Origin: Aulosira sp. ZfuVER01
Lineage (GTDB): Bacteria; Cyanobacteriota; Cyanobacteriia; Cyanobacteriales; Nostocaceae
Direction of reading: 5' to 3'
Assembly (NCBI GenBank): GCA_034530615.2
Contig: JAVRCV020000004.1
Coordinates: forward strand, 1-64,000
Length of the DNA: 64,000 bases
This document shows, in pieces, positions 9,330 through 18,717 of the stretch (within the stretch, counting starts at the first letter, position 1; each line of letters starts with the position of its first letter). Below the pieces are notes generated by a model. That model was not told where the DNA came from and ran no database searches. It saw only the letters and a list, made by a program, of their open reading frames with translations. The position numbers and the translations under genes are program-made.

Positions 9330-10400
9330 ATGAGTACAGTCATTCAACCTCGTCGTGGATTAAATATTGCGCAAATATGGGATAGTTTTTGCCAATGGAT
9401 AACTAGCACTGAAAATCGCTTGTATATTGGATGGTTTGGGGTGTTAATGATTCCGACGCTGTTAGCAGCTAGCATCTGTTTCGTTATCGCCTTTATTGCT
9501 GCACCAAGCGTAGATATGGATGGCATTAGAGAACCGATAATTGGTTCTATTATGGGTGGTAATAACATGATTACTGCTGCTGTAGTGCCAACTTCTGCGG
9601 CAATTGGGCTGCATTTCTACCCAATTTGGGAAGCCGCTTCTCTAGATGAATGGCTTTACAATGGTGGGCCCTATCAACTAATTGTGCTGCACTTTCTGAT
9701 TGGAATTTGGTGCTATCTAGGTAGACTTTGGGAAATTAGCGTTAATTTAGGTCTACGTCCTTGGCTGGCTGTGGCGTTTAGCGCACCTGTAGCAGCAGCA
9801 ACAGCTGTGTTGCTAGTTTATCCTATTGGTCAAGGTAGCTTTTCTGATGGATTACCGTTAGGAATAGCTGGTACGTTTCACTTTATGTTGGCATTCCAAG
9901 GGGATCACAACATACTGATGCATCCTTTCCACATGTTAGGAGTTGCTGGCATATTTGGTGGGGCGCTATTGAGTTCATTGCATGGTTCTTTGGTGGCATC
10001 AACTCTGATTAGGAAAACTCAGGAGAATGAAACACCAAGTGCAGGCTATCAATTTGGCCAATCTTATGTCACTTACCACTATCTAGCAGGGCATAGCGGT
10101 TTCTTGGGACGCTTGCTAATTCCTTGGTTTGCTAGTAGAAATCACCGCGCTTTTCACTTTTTGCTAGCAGCATTACCAACATTGGGTATTTGGTTTGCCG
10201 CTATAGGTGTGGGTACAATGGCCTTCAACTTGAATGGATTAAACTTCAATCACTCCATTTTAGATAGCAGAGGTGAAGTAGTAAGAACAGACGCCGATAT
10301 AGTAAACCGGGCGAATTTGGGACTTCAGGTAATGCACGCACCTAATGTTCACCATTTTCCAATGGTTATATCTGCTGGTGAATCAATACCAGTAAGTTAA
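9330..10400 (+). CDS. psbA: Photosystem II D1 protein, atypical rogue/sentinel (group 2) form
   Basis: [42 protein letters not shown]; Mn-cluster ligands altered (E189D, E333A, D342V, A344S in standard numbering). Confidence 0.95.
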   Translation: MSTVIQPRRGLNIAQIWDSFCQWITSTENRLYIGWFGVLMIPTLLAASICFVIAFIAAPSVDMDGIREPIIGSIMGGNNMITAAVVPTSAAIGLHFYPIWEAASLDEWLYNGGPYQLIVLHFLIGIWCYLGRLWEISVNLGLRPWLAVAFSAPVAAATAVLLVYPIGQGSFSDGLPLGIAGTFHFMLAFQGDHNILMHPFHMLGVAGIFGGALLSSLHGSLVASTLIRKTQENETPSAGYQFGQSYVTYHYLAGHSGFLGRLLIPWFASRNHRAFHFLLAALPTLGIWFAAIGVGTMAFNLNGLNFNHSILDSRGEVVRTDADIVNRANLGLQVMHAPNVHHFPMVISAGESIPVS

Positions 10401-10433
10401 TAAATAGTATTTTTTTTGATTGTGAGCTATTAA

Positions 10434-10467
10434 AAGAAATAGGGAGAATTATCGCTCCCTATTTCTT
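10434..10467. terminator. Probable bidirectional terminator between psbA and rluD
   Basis: AAGAAATAGGGAG / CTCCCTATTTCTT 13-bp inverted repeat between convergent genes. Confidence 0.7.
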
Positions 10468-10515
10468 AGTATTAGAGATATAAATAGCAAGTTGCGATCG
10501 CAATATCAATACTTG

Positions 10516-11448
10516 CTAAGAAATGGCAGAACGTCGCCGCAGCACTTCTAGCAGTGTGAGAAAGGTTTGAGGAGGGGGTGCTGTGGCCTCAATGAGATTT
10601 CCGGATAGGGGATGCTGCAACTTAAGTCGCCAAGCGTGCAATGCTTGACCAGGCAAATTTACGCCAATAGAACGACCAGAACCATAAACTGGGTCGCCAA
10701 CAATAGGATGACCAATTTTGGCGCTGTGGACGCGAATTTGATGGGTGCGTCCGGTTTCTAGTTGGAAGTGAATTAATGTGTAATTTCCTAAGCGTTCTCC
10801 TACTCGCCAATGAGTGACAGCAGCACGTCCGCCTTGTTCGATGGGAATAACTGCCATTTTTTTGCGGTCTTGGCGGTGGCGACCAATGGGTAAATCTATC
10901 ACGCCACTTTCAGCTTTTGGCGCACCGTAAACTACACCTAAGTATTCTCGGCGCGCGGTTTTGGCTTGGAGTTGTGCTTGCAGGTGTTGATAGGCAATAT
11001 CTGTTTTGGCAATAGCGATCGCTCCAGTCGTATCCTTATCTAATCGATGGACAATTCCCGGACGCTGCACTCCCCCAATTCCTGGGAGGTTGGGACAGTG
11101 TGCTAATAAGGCATTCACTAATGTACCATCGGGATGACCGGGTGCAGGATGGACAACTAAACCTGCGGGTTTATTAAGAATAAGTAGCTGATCATCTTCA
11201 TAGAGGATATCTAAAGCAATATCTTCTGCTTGTATTTCTAGAGGTTGGGCTTCTGGTATTTCTAGAGTAATGCGATCGCCTGTTTTGACATTGATTTTTT
11301 TAGATGTGCAAATGCGATCGTTAAGTTGCACCTTTCCCTGTTCGATTAACTGTTGGATACGAGAACGGGATAAATCTGGTAATTCTTGAGAAAGGTAGCG
11401 ATCGAGGCGTTCGCTATTTTCTTGGACTTGTAAATTAAATTCGGTCAC
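10516..11448 (-). CDS. rluD: RluA-family 23S rRNA pseudouridine synthase (RluD-like)
   Basis: S4 domain RLDRYL...SRSRIQ, NKPAGLVVHP, HRLDKDTTG, GRTHQIRVH. Confidence 0.92.
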   Translation of the reverse strand: MTEFNLQVQENSERLDRYLSQELPDLSRSRIQQLIEQGKVQLNDRICTSKKINVKTGDRITLEIPEAQPLEIQAEDIALDILYEDDQLLILNKPAGLVVHPAPGHPDGTLVNALLAHCPNLPGIGGVQRPGIVHRLDKDTTGAIAIAKTDIAYQHLQAQLQAKTARREYLGVVYGAPKAESGVIDLPIGRHRQDRKKMAVIPIEQGGRAAVTHWRVGERLGNYTLIHFQLETGRTHQIRVHSAKIGHPIVGDPVYGSGRSIGVNLPGQALHAWRLKLQHPLSGNLIEATAPPPQTFLTLLEVLRRRSAIS

Positions 11449-11553
11449 AGTTGGTCTGGATTAATTCCCCTATCTCGAAGTGCTGCAAGTTGAATTGATG
11501 CTAGTTAATTTTAACGAACGAAAGCACCAAAAGAAGAATTGAGCAATAAAAGG

Positions 11554-11610
11554 AACCACAGATGAACACAGATAAATAATATCGGTGTTTATCTGTGTTC
11601 ATCTGTGGTT
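11554..11610. terminator. 23-bp perfect inverted repeat downstream of fadE (terminator or dispersed repeat)
   Basis: AACCACAGATGAACACAGATAAA / TTTATCTGTGTTCATCTGTGGTT. Confidence 0.65.
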
Positions 11611-11637
11611 AAATATCCACAACCATCTCAAAACCGC

Positions 11638-14088
11638 TTATCCAACAGTCTGAACTACCGCCTCCGCAAAGTTTTGACTACCTTGCATATACTCTTCCAA
11701 ACTAAACGAATCTACTTGAATTGCATCATTACGGGCAAACTCCGCTTCACAGATAAGTTCAACATCTTTCTCGCTAATCACCCCAGTTTTCAAGGCTGCT
11801 GAAATTAACTCATCGGGTTTTAGCTGTGGTAGTTTCCCTGCATAGCTAGCGTTTTTAATGGTTTTAAATAGTGGTTCAGCTTGGGATAACAATGTGAAAG
11901 CTCGTTCTAAGCGTCCCAAGGCTTCATCACTGCTGCGAGGAATATGAATACCTGCGGTGATGCGATCGCGTATTTGTCCAGGAGTTTGTAATTTACGCGC
12001 AACTTCGCTACCGAGTTTGTCAGTAGGTAGAGAACCGATGGGATTAAGTCGCCACCACCAAGCAAATAAGTTACCTAAAACTGGCACAGGTGAGTTTTCG
12101 AGAATCCCCTCAAAACCTTCTTGCATCTGCGCAAAAGCATATTGCATCGCCCAGTGAACAAAAGGTAAGTCTTCTGTTTTTCGTCCTTCGGCTTCAAAGC
12201 GTCGGAGAGTTGCAGTTGCTAAATACATCCAAGTAAGAATATCCGCAAACCTTCCTGTTAATTTCTCCCGTCGCTTCAAAGTTCCACCAAACGAGAACAT
12301 AGCAATATCAGTCAGTAAGGCAAAGCTAGCAGATGCCCAGTCTAATTTGCGGTAGTATTTGGCTGTCGCACCTGGAACTGGCGAAGGTGCCAAATTACCA
12401 CGAGTAATATTGAGAATTAGAGATCGGAAAGTATTACGCACCGTCAACCCTAGATGATGCCAGAAAGCGCGATCGAAAGCCGGAACATCTGATTGATTTA
12501 GGGCTGTAATCTCCTGATAAACATAAGGATGACAGCGAATTGCCCCTTGTCCAAAAATCATCAAGGTGCGGGTGAGAATATTTGCGCCTTCAACGGTAAT
12601 GGAAATCGGGGTTGCTGTATAAATATTTGCTAATAAATTTCTCGGGCCGCGACAAATTCCCGAACCGCCCATAATATCCATGCCGTCGTTAATTATTTTG
12701 CGGGAGATTTCGGTCAAACTGTATTTGGCGATCGCAGAAACTACCGCAGGTTGTTCTCCATTATCTACCGCACCGCAAGTATAAGTTCGCGCAGCCTCCA
12801 TTAAGTAGGTAAGACCGCCAATTCTTGCCAAAGGTTCTTCTACACCTTCAAAACGACCAATCGACAAACCGAACTGCTGCCGCACCACAGCATGAGCGCT
12901 GGTAACTCTTGCTACTAACTTCGCTACGCCCGTACAGCTAGCCGGGAAGCTAATTCCCCTACCTGCTGCGAGGCTTTGCATGAGCATTTTCCAACCATTA
13001 CCAGTTTGTTCCACACCGCCGATAATTTGGTCAACGGAAATAATGACGTTATGTCCTTCAGTAGGCGAATTGTAGAAAGGCACACCCATTGGATCGTGCC
13101 GTCTGCCCATGATTACGCCAGGTGTATTGGTAGGAATTAAAACGCAAGTAATGCCAACTTCTTTACCTTTACCTAAGTAATTTTCCGGGTCACGTAATTT
13201 GAAAGCTAATCCTAAAAGAGTTGCGATCGCAGCTAAGGTAATATATCGTTTCTTCCAATTCAACCGCAGATAAAGCTTGCCATCCTCACCTCTAAATACT
13301 GTTCCTTCAGATTTGATGCTGGCGGCATCTGACCCCGCAGTCGGTTCTGTGAGTGCAAAACAAGGAATTTCTTCACCTCGTGCGAGGCGCGGCAGGTAAT
13401 AATTTTTCTGCTCCTGTGTTCCGTAGCGGAGTAATAATTTTGCCGGGCCAAGTGAGTTTGTTACCCCTACAGTAGCGATATGGGTAAAAGAACGTGATGC
13501 TAACTTTGTCATCACATTGCTATAGGCAAAGTTAGAAAATCCCAAACCGCCATACTCTTGAGGAATCATCATCCCCAAAAAGCGTTCTTGTTTGAGATAG
13601 TCCCAAACTTCCGGCGGTAAATCCTTGCGACGGTAAATTTCCCAATCACTCACCATCCGACAAACTTGTTCTACCGGGCCATCAAGAAACGCTTGCAGTT
13701 CGGGAGTGACTAGAGGATATGGTTCTTGATTAATTCTTTGAAAGTTTGGTCTACCAGAGAAGAATTCACCATCTACCCAAACATTACCAGCTTCAATGGC
13801 TGCGCGTTCAGTATCAGAGATTTTTGGTAATAAATTAAAGGCTTTGATGGCTTTAATTAAGGGTGATGTGAGAATTGTTTGCCGCAGAATTGGGATATTT
13901 AAAATGAGAGCGATCGCGCCAAAAATCACCCATGCCCAAATAGGGGCGTGGAGAGATATTAGTACTGTTGCAAAATAAAGCGACCAAACCCACAATGGAA
14001 CGCCGATGTAACCAAGCAATAGTGATAGAAAAATTAGTGTTGAAACTATTATGGTTGGATGAATAAGGTTCATTATGTTTTCACCCAT
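11638..14088 (-). CDS. fadE: Acyl-CoA dehydrogenase, E. coli FadE-type (membrane-anchored, ~815 aa)
   Basis: N-terminal TM segment, PKISDTERAAIEAG, CFALTEPTAGSDA, catalytic ITVEGANIL, IFGQGAIRCHPY. Confidence 0.93.
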   Translation of the reverse strand: MGENIMNLIHPTIIVSTLIFLSLLLGYIGVPLWVWSLYFATVLISLHAPIWAWVIFGAIALILNIPILRQTILTSPLIKAIKAFNLLPKISDTERAAIEAGNVWVDGEFFSGRPNFQRINQEPYPLVTPELQAFLDGPVEQVCRMVSDWEIYRRKDLPPEVWDYLKQERFLGMMIPQEYGGLGFSNFAYSNVMTKLASRSFTHIATVGVTNSLGPAKLLLRYGTQEQKNYYLPRLARGEEIPCFALTEPTAGSDAASIKSEGTVFRGEDGKLYLRLNWKKRYITLAAIATLLGLAFKLRDPENYLGKGKEVGITCVLIPTNTPGVIMGRRHDPMGVPFYNSPTEGHNVIISVDQIIGGVEQTGNGWKMLMQSLAAGRGISFPASCTGVAKLVARVTSAHAVVRQQFGLSIGRFEGVEEPLARIGGLTYLMEAARTYTCGAVDNGEQPAVVSAIAKYSLTEISRKIINDGMDIMGGSGICRGPRNLLANIYTATPISITVEGANILTRTLMIFGQGAIRCHPYVYQEITALNQSDVPAFDRAFWHHLGLTVRNTFRSLILNITRGNLAPSPVPGATAKYYRKLDWASASFALLTDIAMFSFGGTLKRREKLTGRFADILTWMYLATATLRRFEAEGRKTEDLPFVHWAMQYAFAQMQEGFEGILENSPVPVLGNLFAWWWRLNPIGSLPTDKLGSEVARKLQTPGQIRDRITAGIHIPRSSDEALGRLERAFTLLSQAEPLFKTIKNASYAGKLPQLKPDELISAALKTGVISEKDVELICEAEFARNDAIQVDSFSLEEYMQGSQNFAEAVVQTVG

Positions 14089-14119
14089 GTGAATAAAGGT
14101 CTTAAAATCTCACGCAGAG

Positions 14120-14166
14120 GAGGACACTTCCGTGGGCGGGTTTCCCGACTTGAGGAAAGTGTCCGT
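14120..14166. repeat. SDR5-like small dispersed repeat
   Basis: GGACACTTCC-GTGGGCGGGTTTCCCGACTTG-AGGAAAGTGTCC; same family as 18507-18580 and 43111-43200. Confidence 0.7.
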
Positions 14167-14252
14167 TGCGCAGAGGCGCAGAGAGTAAGAGCAAACTTTC
14201 CTTAAAAACACTCCGCGTAACTTTGCGCCAACCTCTGCGTCCCTCTGCGTTT

Positions 14253-15434
14253 CTAAATCATCAAATTCTCAAACACCGCCGCTGCACCCATTCCACCGCC
14301 TACACACATCGTCACCAAACCATAACGGACGCTACGTCGTTTCATTTCGTGGAAGAGGGTAGCTGTGAGTTTCGCACCAGTACAACCGAGAGGATGACCA
14401 AGAGCGATCGCACCACCGTTGACATTGACGATTTCTTCGTTGAGTCCGAGTTTGCGAATTACAGCCAAGCTTTGAGCAGCAAAAGCTTCGTTGAGTTCGA
14501 TTAAGCCAATGTCGTTTAAGGTCAAACCGACTTGTTTTAGAACTTTTGGTACCGCTTCCACTGGGCCAATACCCATAACTTCCGGGGCGACACCAGCAAC
14601 TGCAAAGCCTAACATCTTACCCATTGGACGGACATCAAGCATCTGCATCATGCGATCGCTCATCACTACTGTTGCAGCTGCACCATCTGACATTTGCGAT
14701 GAGTTACCCGCAGTTACAGCACCACCCATCCGAAATACAGGTTGCAATTTCATCAAGGCTTCCATACTGGTATCAGCACGCGGGCCTTCATCCATCGTCA
14801 AGACTTTTTCTATCGGTCGCGGAGTGCCATCTACATAAAGTACGTCCCGCACTGTCAGTGGTACGATTTCCTCTACAAACCGACCTTGCCGAATAGCAGT
14901 TAAAGCTTTTTGATGGGAACGCAGCGCAAAAGCATCCTGTTCTTGGCGGGAGATTTCGTAATGCTGCATGACGTTTTCGGCTGTAATCCCCATCGTGCAG
15001 TAAACCTTGGGTAGATCCACCATCATGTCTGGATTGGGAGCCAAATAATGTCCGCCCATCGGAATCAAACTCATCGATTCCACACCACCCGCGACAATTA
15101 CTTCCGCGTGTCCTGCCATAATTGCTTGGGATGCGATCGCAATACTTTGCAGCCCAGAAGCACAGAAGCGATTCACAGTCATACCTGCTACAGAATCAGG
15201 TAAACCTGCACGTTGGGCAATTAATCGCCCGATATTAAAACCTTGTTCTGCTTCTGGAAAAGCACAACCCATAATTACATCATCAATGTATACAGGTTCT
15301 AAATCTTTAACTTTCTCAATTGCTGCTTTAACTACAACTGCACCCATATCATCAGGACGCATATTATGTAGCGTACCTCGTGGCGCTTTGCCTACAGGTG
15401 TGCGCAGGCTACTAACTATATAGGCTTCTTTCAT
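14253..15434 (-). CDS. fadA: Acetyl-CoA C-acyltransferase (3-ketoacyl-CoA thiolase)
   Basis: NRFCASG, NEAFA, GHPLG and TMCVGGG catalytic motifs intact. Confidence 0.95.
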   Translation of the reverse strand: MKEAYIVSSLRTPVGKAPRGTLHNMRPDDMGAVVVKAAIEKVKDLEPVYIDDVIMGCAFPEAEQGFNIGRLIAQRAGLPDSVAGMTVNRFCASGLQSIAIASQAIMAGHAEVIVAGGVESMSLIPMGGHYLAPNPDMMVDLPKVYCTMGITAENVMQHYEISRQEQDAFALRSHQKALTAIRQGRFVEEIVPLTVRDVLYVDGTPRPIEKVLTMDEGPRADTSMEALMKLQPVFRMGGAVTAGNSSQMSDGAAATVVMSDRMMQMLDVRPMGKMLGFAVAGVAPEVMGIGPVEAVPKVLKQVGLTLNDIGLIELNEAFAAQSLAVIRKLGLNEEIVNVNGGAIALGHPLGCTGAKLTATLFHEMKRRSVRYGLVTMCVGGGMGAAAVFENLMI

Positions 15435-15565
15435 AGGTTTTCACCAAATTTTTAGATATTGAAGTTGAGAAAGACGCGGGGACTGAGGGACGTGGTGACG
15501 CGGTGATGTAACGAGAACAGAGAAGGGAATACTAGAAAAGTAGAGAATTACTGGAAAGTTTGGTC

Positions 15566-15976
15566 ATGGGAAACATTCGTTCGTTTAAAGAATTAAGGGT
15601 TTGGCAAAATGCGATAGACATCACAATGACAATTTTTGAGTTAACCAAATCCTTTCCATTAGAAGAACGCTATTCCTTAACAGACCAAATACGTCGTTCT
15701 TCTCGTTCTGTTGCTGCTAATATTTCCGAGGCTTGGAGAAAAAGAAGATATCCAGCTGCATTTATCAGTAAACTAAATGATGCAGAAAGTGAAGCAGCCG
15801 AAACTCAAACTTGGATTGAAATTGCTTTGAGATGTGGTTATTGGGATAAAGATGTAGCCCTAAAATTAGATACCCGATGTGAAGAAGTACTTAGTCAATT
15901 AGTAGCTATGGCCTCACATCCCGAAAAATGGACTATCCACTCCAATTCATCTCCATCCCGCTCAACTCGTTCATAA
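15566..15976 (+). CDS. Four-helix-bundle protein (23S rRNA IVS protein / S23-like family)
   Basis: FKELRVWQ, FPLEERYSLTDQIRRSSRSVAANISE, AESEAAETQTW signature. Confidence 0.92.
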   Translation: MGNIRSFKELRVWQNAIDITMTIFELTKSFPLEERYSLTDQIRRSSRSVAANISEAWRKRRYPAAFISKLNDAESEAAETQTWIEIALRCGYWDKDVALKLDTRCEEVLSQLVAMASHPEKWTIHSNSSPSRSTRS

Positions 15977-16049
15977 ATCTCCTATTCTCGTTATCTCATC
16001 TTATCTTTCTCCGCTGTCACCTCCCCGCGTCTCCAAGTCTCCGCGTCTC

Positions 16050-18419
16050 TTAATTCCTGAGAGGTTTTTTCGTCTTCAACGTATGAGCAAACCGTTCTAG
16101 CGTTTTCGGTTGCTGTAACAGTGGTAAAAAGGACTCTCTTTCCAATTTCGATAAATAGTCCTCATCAACCAACGCAGGCTTAGTCAGTTCCCCACCAGTC
16201 ATTACATAGGCCAAGCGACTAGCTAAATAATGGTCATACTCAGAAATAAAACCTCCCTGCTGCATGACATACGCCGCGTGTTCTAACATCGCCCGCGCCG
16301 GACGACCTAGCACCATGATGGCGTTACGTTCTGGTGGGGGCATATAACCTATGTTGTCCAGACACAGCACTTCCTCTTTCGCTACAGACAAAATTCTGTC
16401 CGCATTCATCACAATCTTGGTTGTGGGTGAGAGGAAGCCTAATTCCTGTCCTTCATAAGCGCTGCTGGAAACCTTGGCCATGCCAATAGTTTCAAACACT
16501 TTCCGCAGGAAGGGTTGAATATCTTGTGGTGACTCGCTTGCGGCTTGATCGGCAGCCCAAGTGACCATCCGCATAATACCGCCAGCCCCAGGAATTAAAC
16601 CAACGCTGAGTTCTACCAGTCCGATGTAAGTTTCTGCTGCTGCCACTACATGGGGACAACCTAAGACTAATTCACAACCTCCGCCTAAAACCCGTCCGAC
16701 AATTGCGGCAACAATTGGTTTGGGGAAATATTTAAGGCGTTGCAGTAATGCTTGGAATTTGACGATTAAATCGGCAATACCTTTACCGTTATCTGTCTGG
16801 GCTAACATGGCCATTTCTGCCAAATTCGCGCCACCAGAGAAGTTGGCACTTTCGTTACCAATGACTAATCCCCGGTAATCGCTGTTCTCGATAATATCTA
16901 AGACCGCAGCTAAACCTTCTACGACTTTTAAAGTCAGGGTATGGCCTTTGGAATGGAATTCATACAAAACTACTCCATCGCCTATATCCAGCAAAGAAGC
17001 TTCTGAGTTTTGCCACAAGATATTTTTGGCATCAGCTTTGATAACTGGTATGAGAATTTCATCTGTTGGGGCTTTTGGTTGTTCGCTAATACAAACAGCA
17101 CAAGCATCAACTACTTTGTGTTCAGCCCAAGATAGCCTGTCTTTTTGATAGAAACTCTGCACGCCATTATCGTGCATCTTTTCTACCCACTCAGGCACAG
17201 GGATACCAGCAGCCTTCATGTCTGCTAATACCGTCTCAAAGCCAAGCATATCCCAAATTTCAAAGGGGCCGAGTTCCCAGGCGAAACCCCAACGAATTGC
17301 CCGATCAATATCTGCGGGTTTGTCGGCAATTTCAGGGATGCGACGGGCGCTGTAACCTAAGATATCTAAGGTTGATTTGCGGAAAAAGGCTCCTGCTCGA
17401 CCAAGATCGTGATAGAGTTTGCGCAGGCGATCGCCTAGATCGCTAATTTTCCCAATTGCCTCAATATCCCCCAAATCTATGGGTTTAGCAGGTTCATAAG
17501 CCAGTGTCGTGGGATTAATCGAGAGAATTTCTTTACCTTGTTTTTTATAAAATCCTTGACCTGTTTTTGACCCTAACGTCCCTGTTTCTACAAGTTTCTT
17601 CATTAAGGCTGGTACTCGCAACACTTCCCGGCTTTCATCGTGGGGAATGGCTGGGTAAAGGTTGTGCGCCACATACATCAATGTATCTAGCCCTACTACA
17701 TCAGCAGTGCGGAATGTCGCTGATTTTGGTCGTCCGGCAATTACTCCTGTTAAGGTATCAATTTCTTCAATTGTGTAACCTTGTTCCGTCACACCCTTTA
17801 TCCCCAGCATGGTTGCATACATACCGATGCGGTTGGCAATAAAGTTTGGTGTGTCTTTGGCTACTACTACGCCTTTACCGAGATGTATCCTGCCAAACCA
17901 TTGCATTCTTTCAACGATTTGCTGGTCAGTATCCGGTGTCGGAATTAACTCTAATAATTTCAGGTAGCGTGGTGGGTTAAAAAAGTGAGTACCTAAAAAC
18001 CTCTTCCGGAAAGATTCTGAACGCCCTTGAGCAATTTGATTGATGGGTAAGCCACTAGTATTACTAGATACTACCGTATCATCACGAATTGTACTTTCGA
18101 TTCGCGCCATCAAATCTTGTTTAATAGCGAGATTTTCTACGACAACTTCGATTACCCAATCAACATTAGCAATGCGGTCAAAATGTTCATCAAAATTGCC
18201 CAAAATGATGCGACGGGCTGTTTTTTTTGTAAATAAAATTGGTGGAGATTGCTTCAGCGCTTTTTTAAATGCTGTTTCCACTACATCATTTTTATTGTCG
18301 CCTTTAGCCGCAATATCCAATAATTGAACTGTTAGTCCAGCATTAGCTAGGTGTGCGGCGATTTGAGTTCCCATCACCCCTGCACCTAATACTGCGGCTG
18401 TTCGGAACGGTTTAAACAT
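16050..18419 (-). CDS. 3-hydroxyacyl-CoA dehydrogenase / enoyl-CoA hydratase (FadN-type, HAD N-terminal, ECH C-terminal)
   Basis: AAVLGAGVMG Rossmann motif, SSNTSG, HFFNPP, FIANRIG; ECH motifs GGGCE and VELSVGLIPGAGG. Confidence 0.93.
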   Translation of the reverse strand: MFKPFRTAAVLGAGVMGTQIAAHLANAGLTVQLLDIAAKGDNKNDVVETAFKKALKQSPPILFTKKTARRIILGNFDEHFDRIANVDWVIEVVVENLAIKQDLMARIESTIRDDTVVSSNTSGLPINQIAQGRSESFRKRFLGTHFFNPPRYLKLLELIPTPDTDQQIVERMQWFGRIHLGKGVVVAKDTPNFIANRIGMYATMLGIKGVTEQGYTIEEIDTLTGVIAGRPKSATFRTADVVGLDTLMYVAHNLYPAIPHDESREVLRVPALMKKLVETGTLGSKTGQGFYKKQGKEILSINPTTLAYEPAKPIDLGDIEAIGKISDLGDRLRKLYHDLGRAGAFFRKSTLDILGYSARRIPEIADKPADIDRAIRWGFAWELGPFEIWDMLGFETVLADMKAAGIPVPEWVEKMHDNGVQSFYQKDRLSWAEHKVVDACAVCISEQPKAPTDEILIPVIKADAKNILWQNSEASLLDIGDGVVLYEFHSKGHTLTLKVVEGLAAVLDIIENSDYRGLVIGNESANFSGGANLAEMAMLAQTDNGKGIADLIVKFQALLQRLKYFPKPIVAAIVGRVLGGGCELVLGCPHVVAAAETYIGLVELSVGLIPGAGGIMRMVTWAADQAASESPQDIQPFLRKVFETIGMAKVSSSAYEGQELGFLSPTTKIVMNADRILSVAKEEVLCLDNIGYMPPPERNAIMVLGRPARAMLEHAAYVMQQGGFISEYDHYLASRLAYVMTGGELTKPALVDEDYLSKLERESFLPLLQQPKTLERFAHTLKTKKPLRN

Positions 18420-18506
18420 ACTTCACCCTTCCTTCTTCGATTTTGGATTTTGGATTAAATAATAGACTTCTTGTATATAGGGGTTCTGATAACGAACCAC
18501 AGAGAC

Positions 18507-18580
18507 GAGGCAGTGCGTTGGGCGGGCTTTGCCGACTTGTAGACGCCGGAGGCGGCTTCCCGCAGGGTAGCAACTGCCGT
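18507..18580. repeat. Nested small dispersed repeats
   Basis: GGCAGTGCGTTGGGCGGGCTTTGCCGACTTG[TAGACGCC...GCAGGG]TAGCAACTGCCGT. Confidence 0.65.
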
Positions 18581-18717
18581 ACTGAGAACACAGAGGAATG
18601 AGTTTTTGGAATACTGTTAGAAATGCAAAAAACAGAAGAATTTTACTCAAAATAAATATCTTCGTTCAAAAACGTTTTTCTTCTGCCTTCTGCCCTCTGC
18701 CCTCTGCCTCAACCTAT

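Noticed and set aside
9330..10400. Chlorophyll f synthase (super-rogue D1)
   Set aside because: Lacks the YQDREW QD motif, keeps D170 and H332/H337, and no far-red photoacclimation genes are adjacent
14150..14166. RNase P RNA (GAGGAAAGT motif)
   Set aside because: Motif is part of a 47-bp dispersed repeat; no other rnpB elements
15566..15976. Diversity-generating retroelement
   Set aside because: Only an Avd-like fold; no reverse transcriptase and no TR/VR pair with adenine-specific mismatches seen in the window
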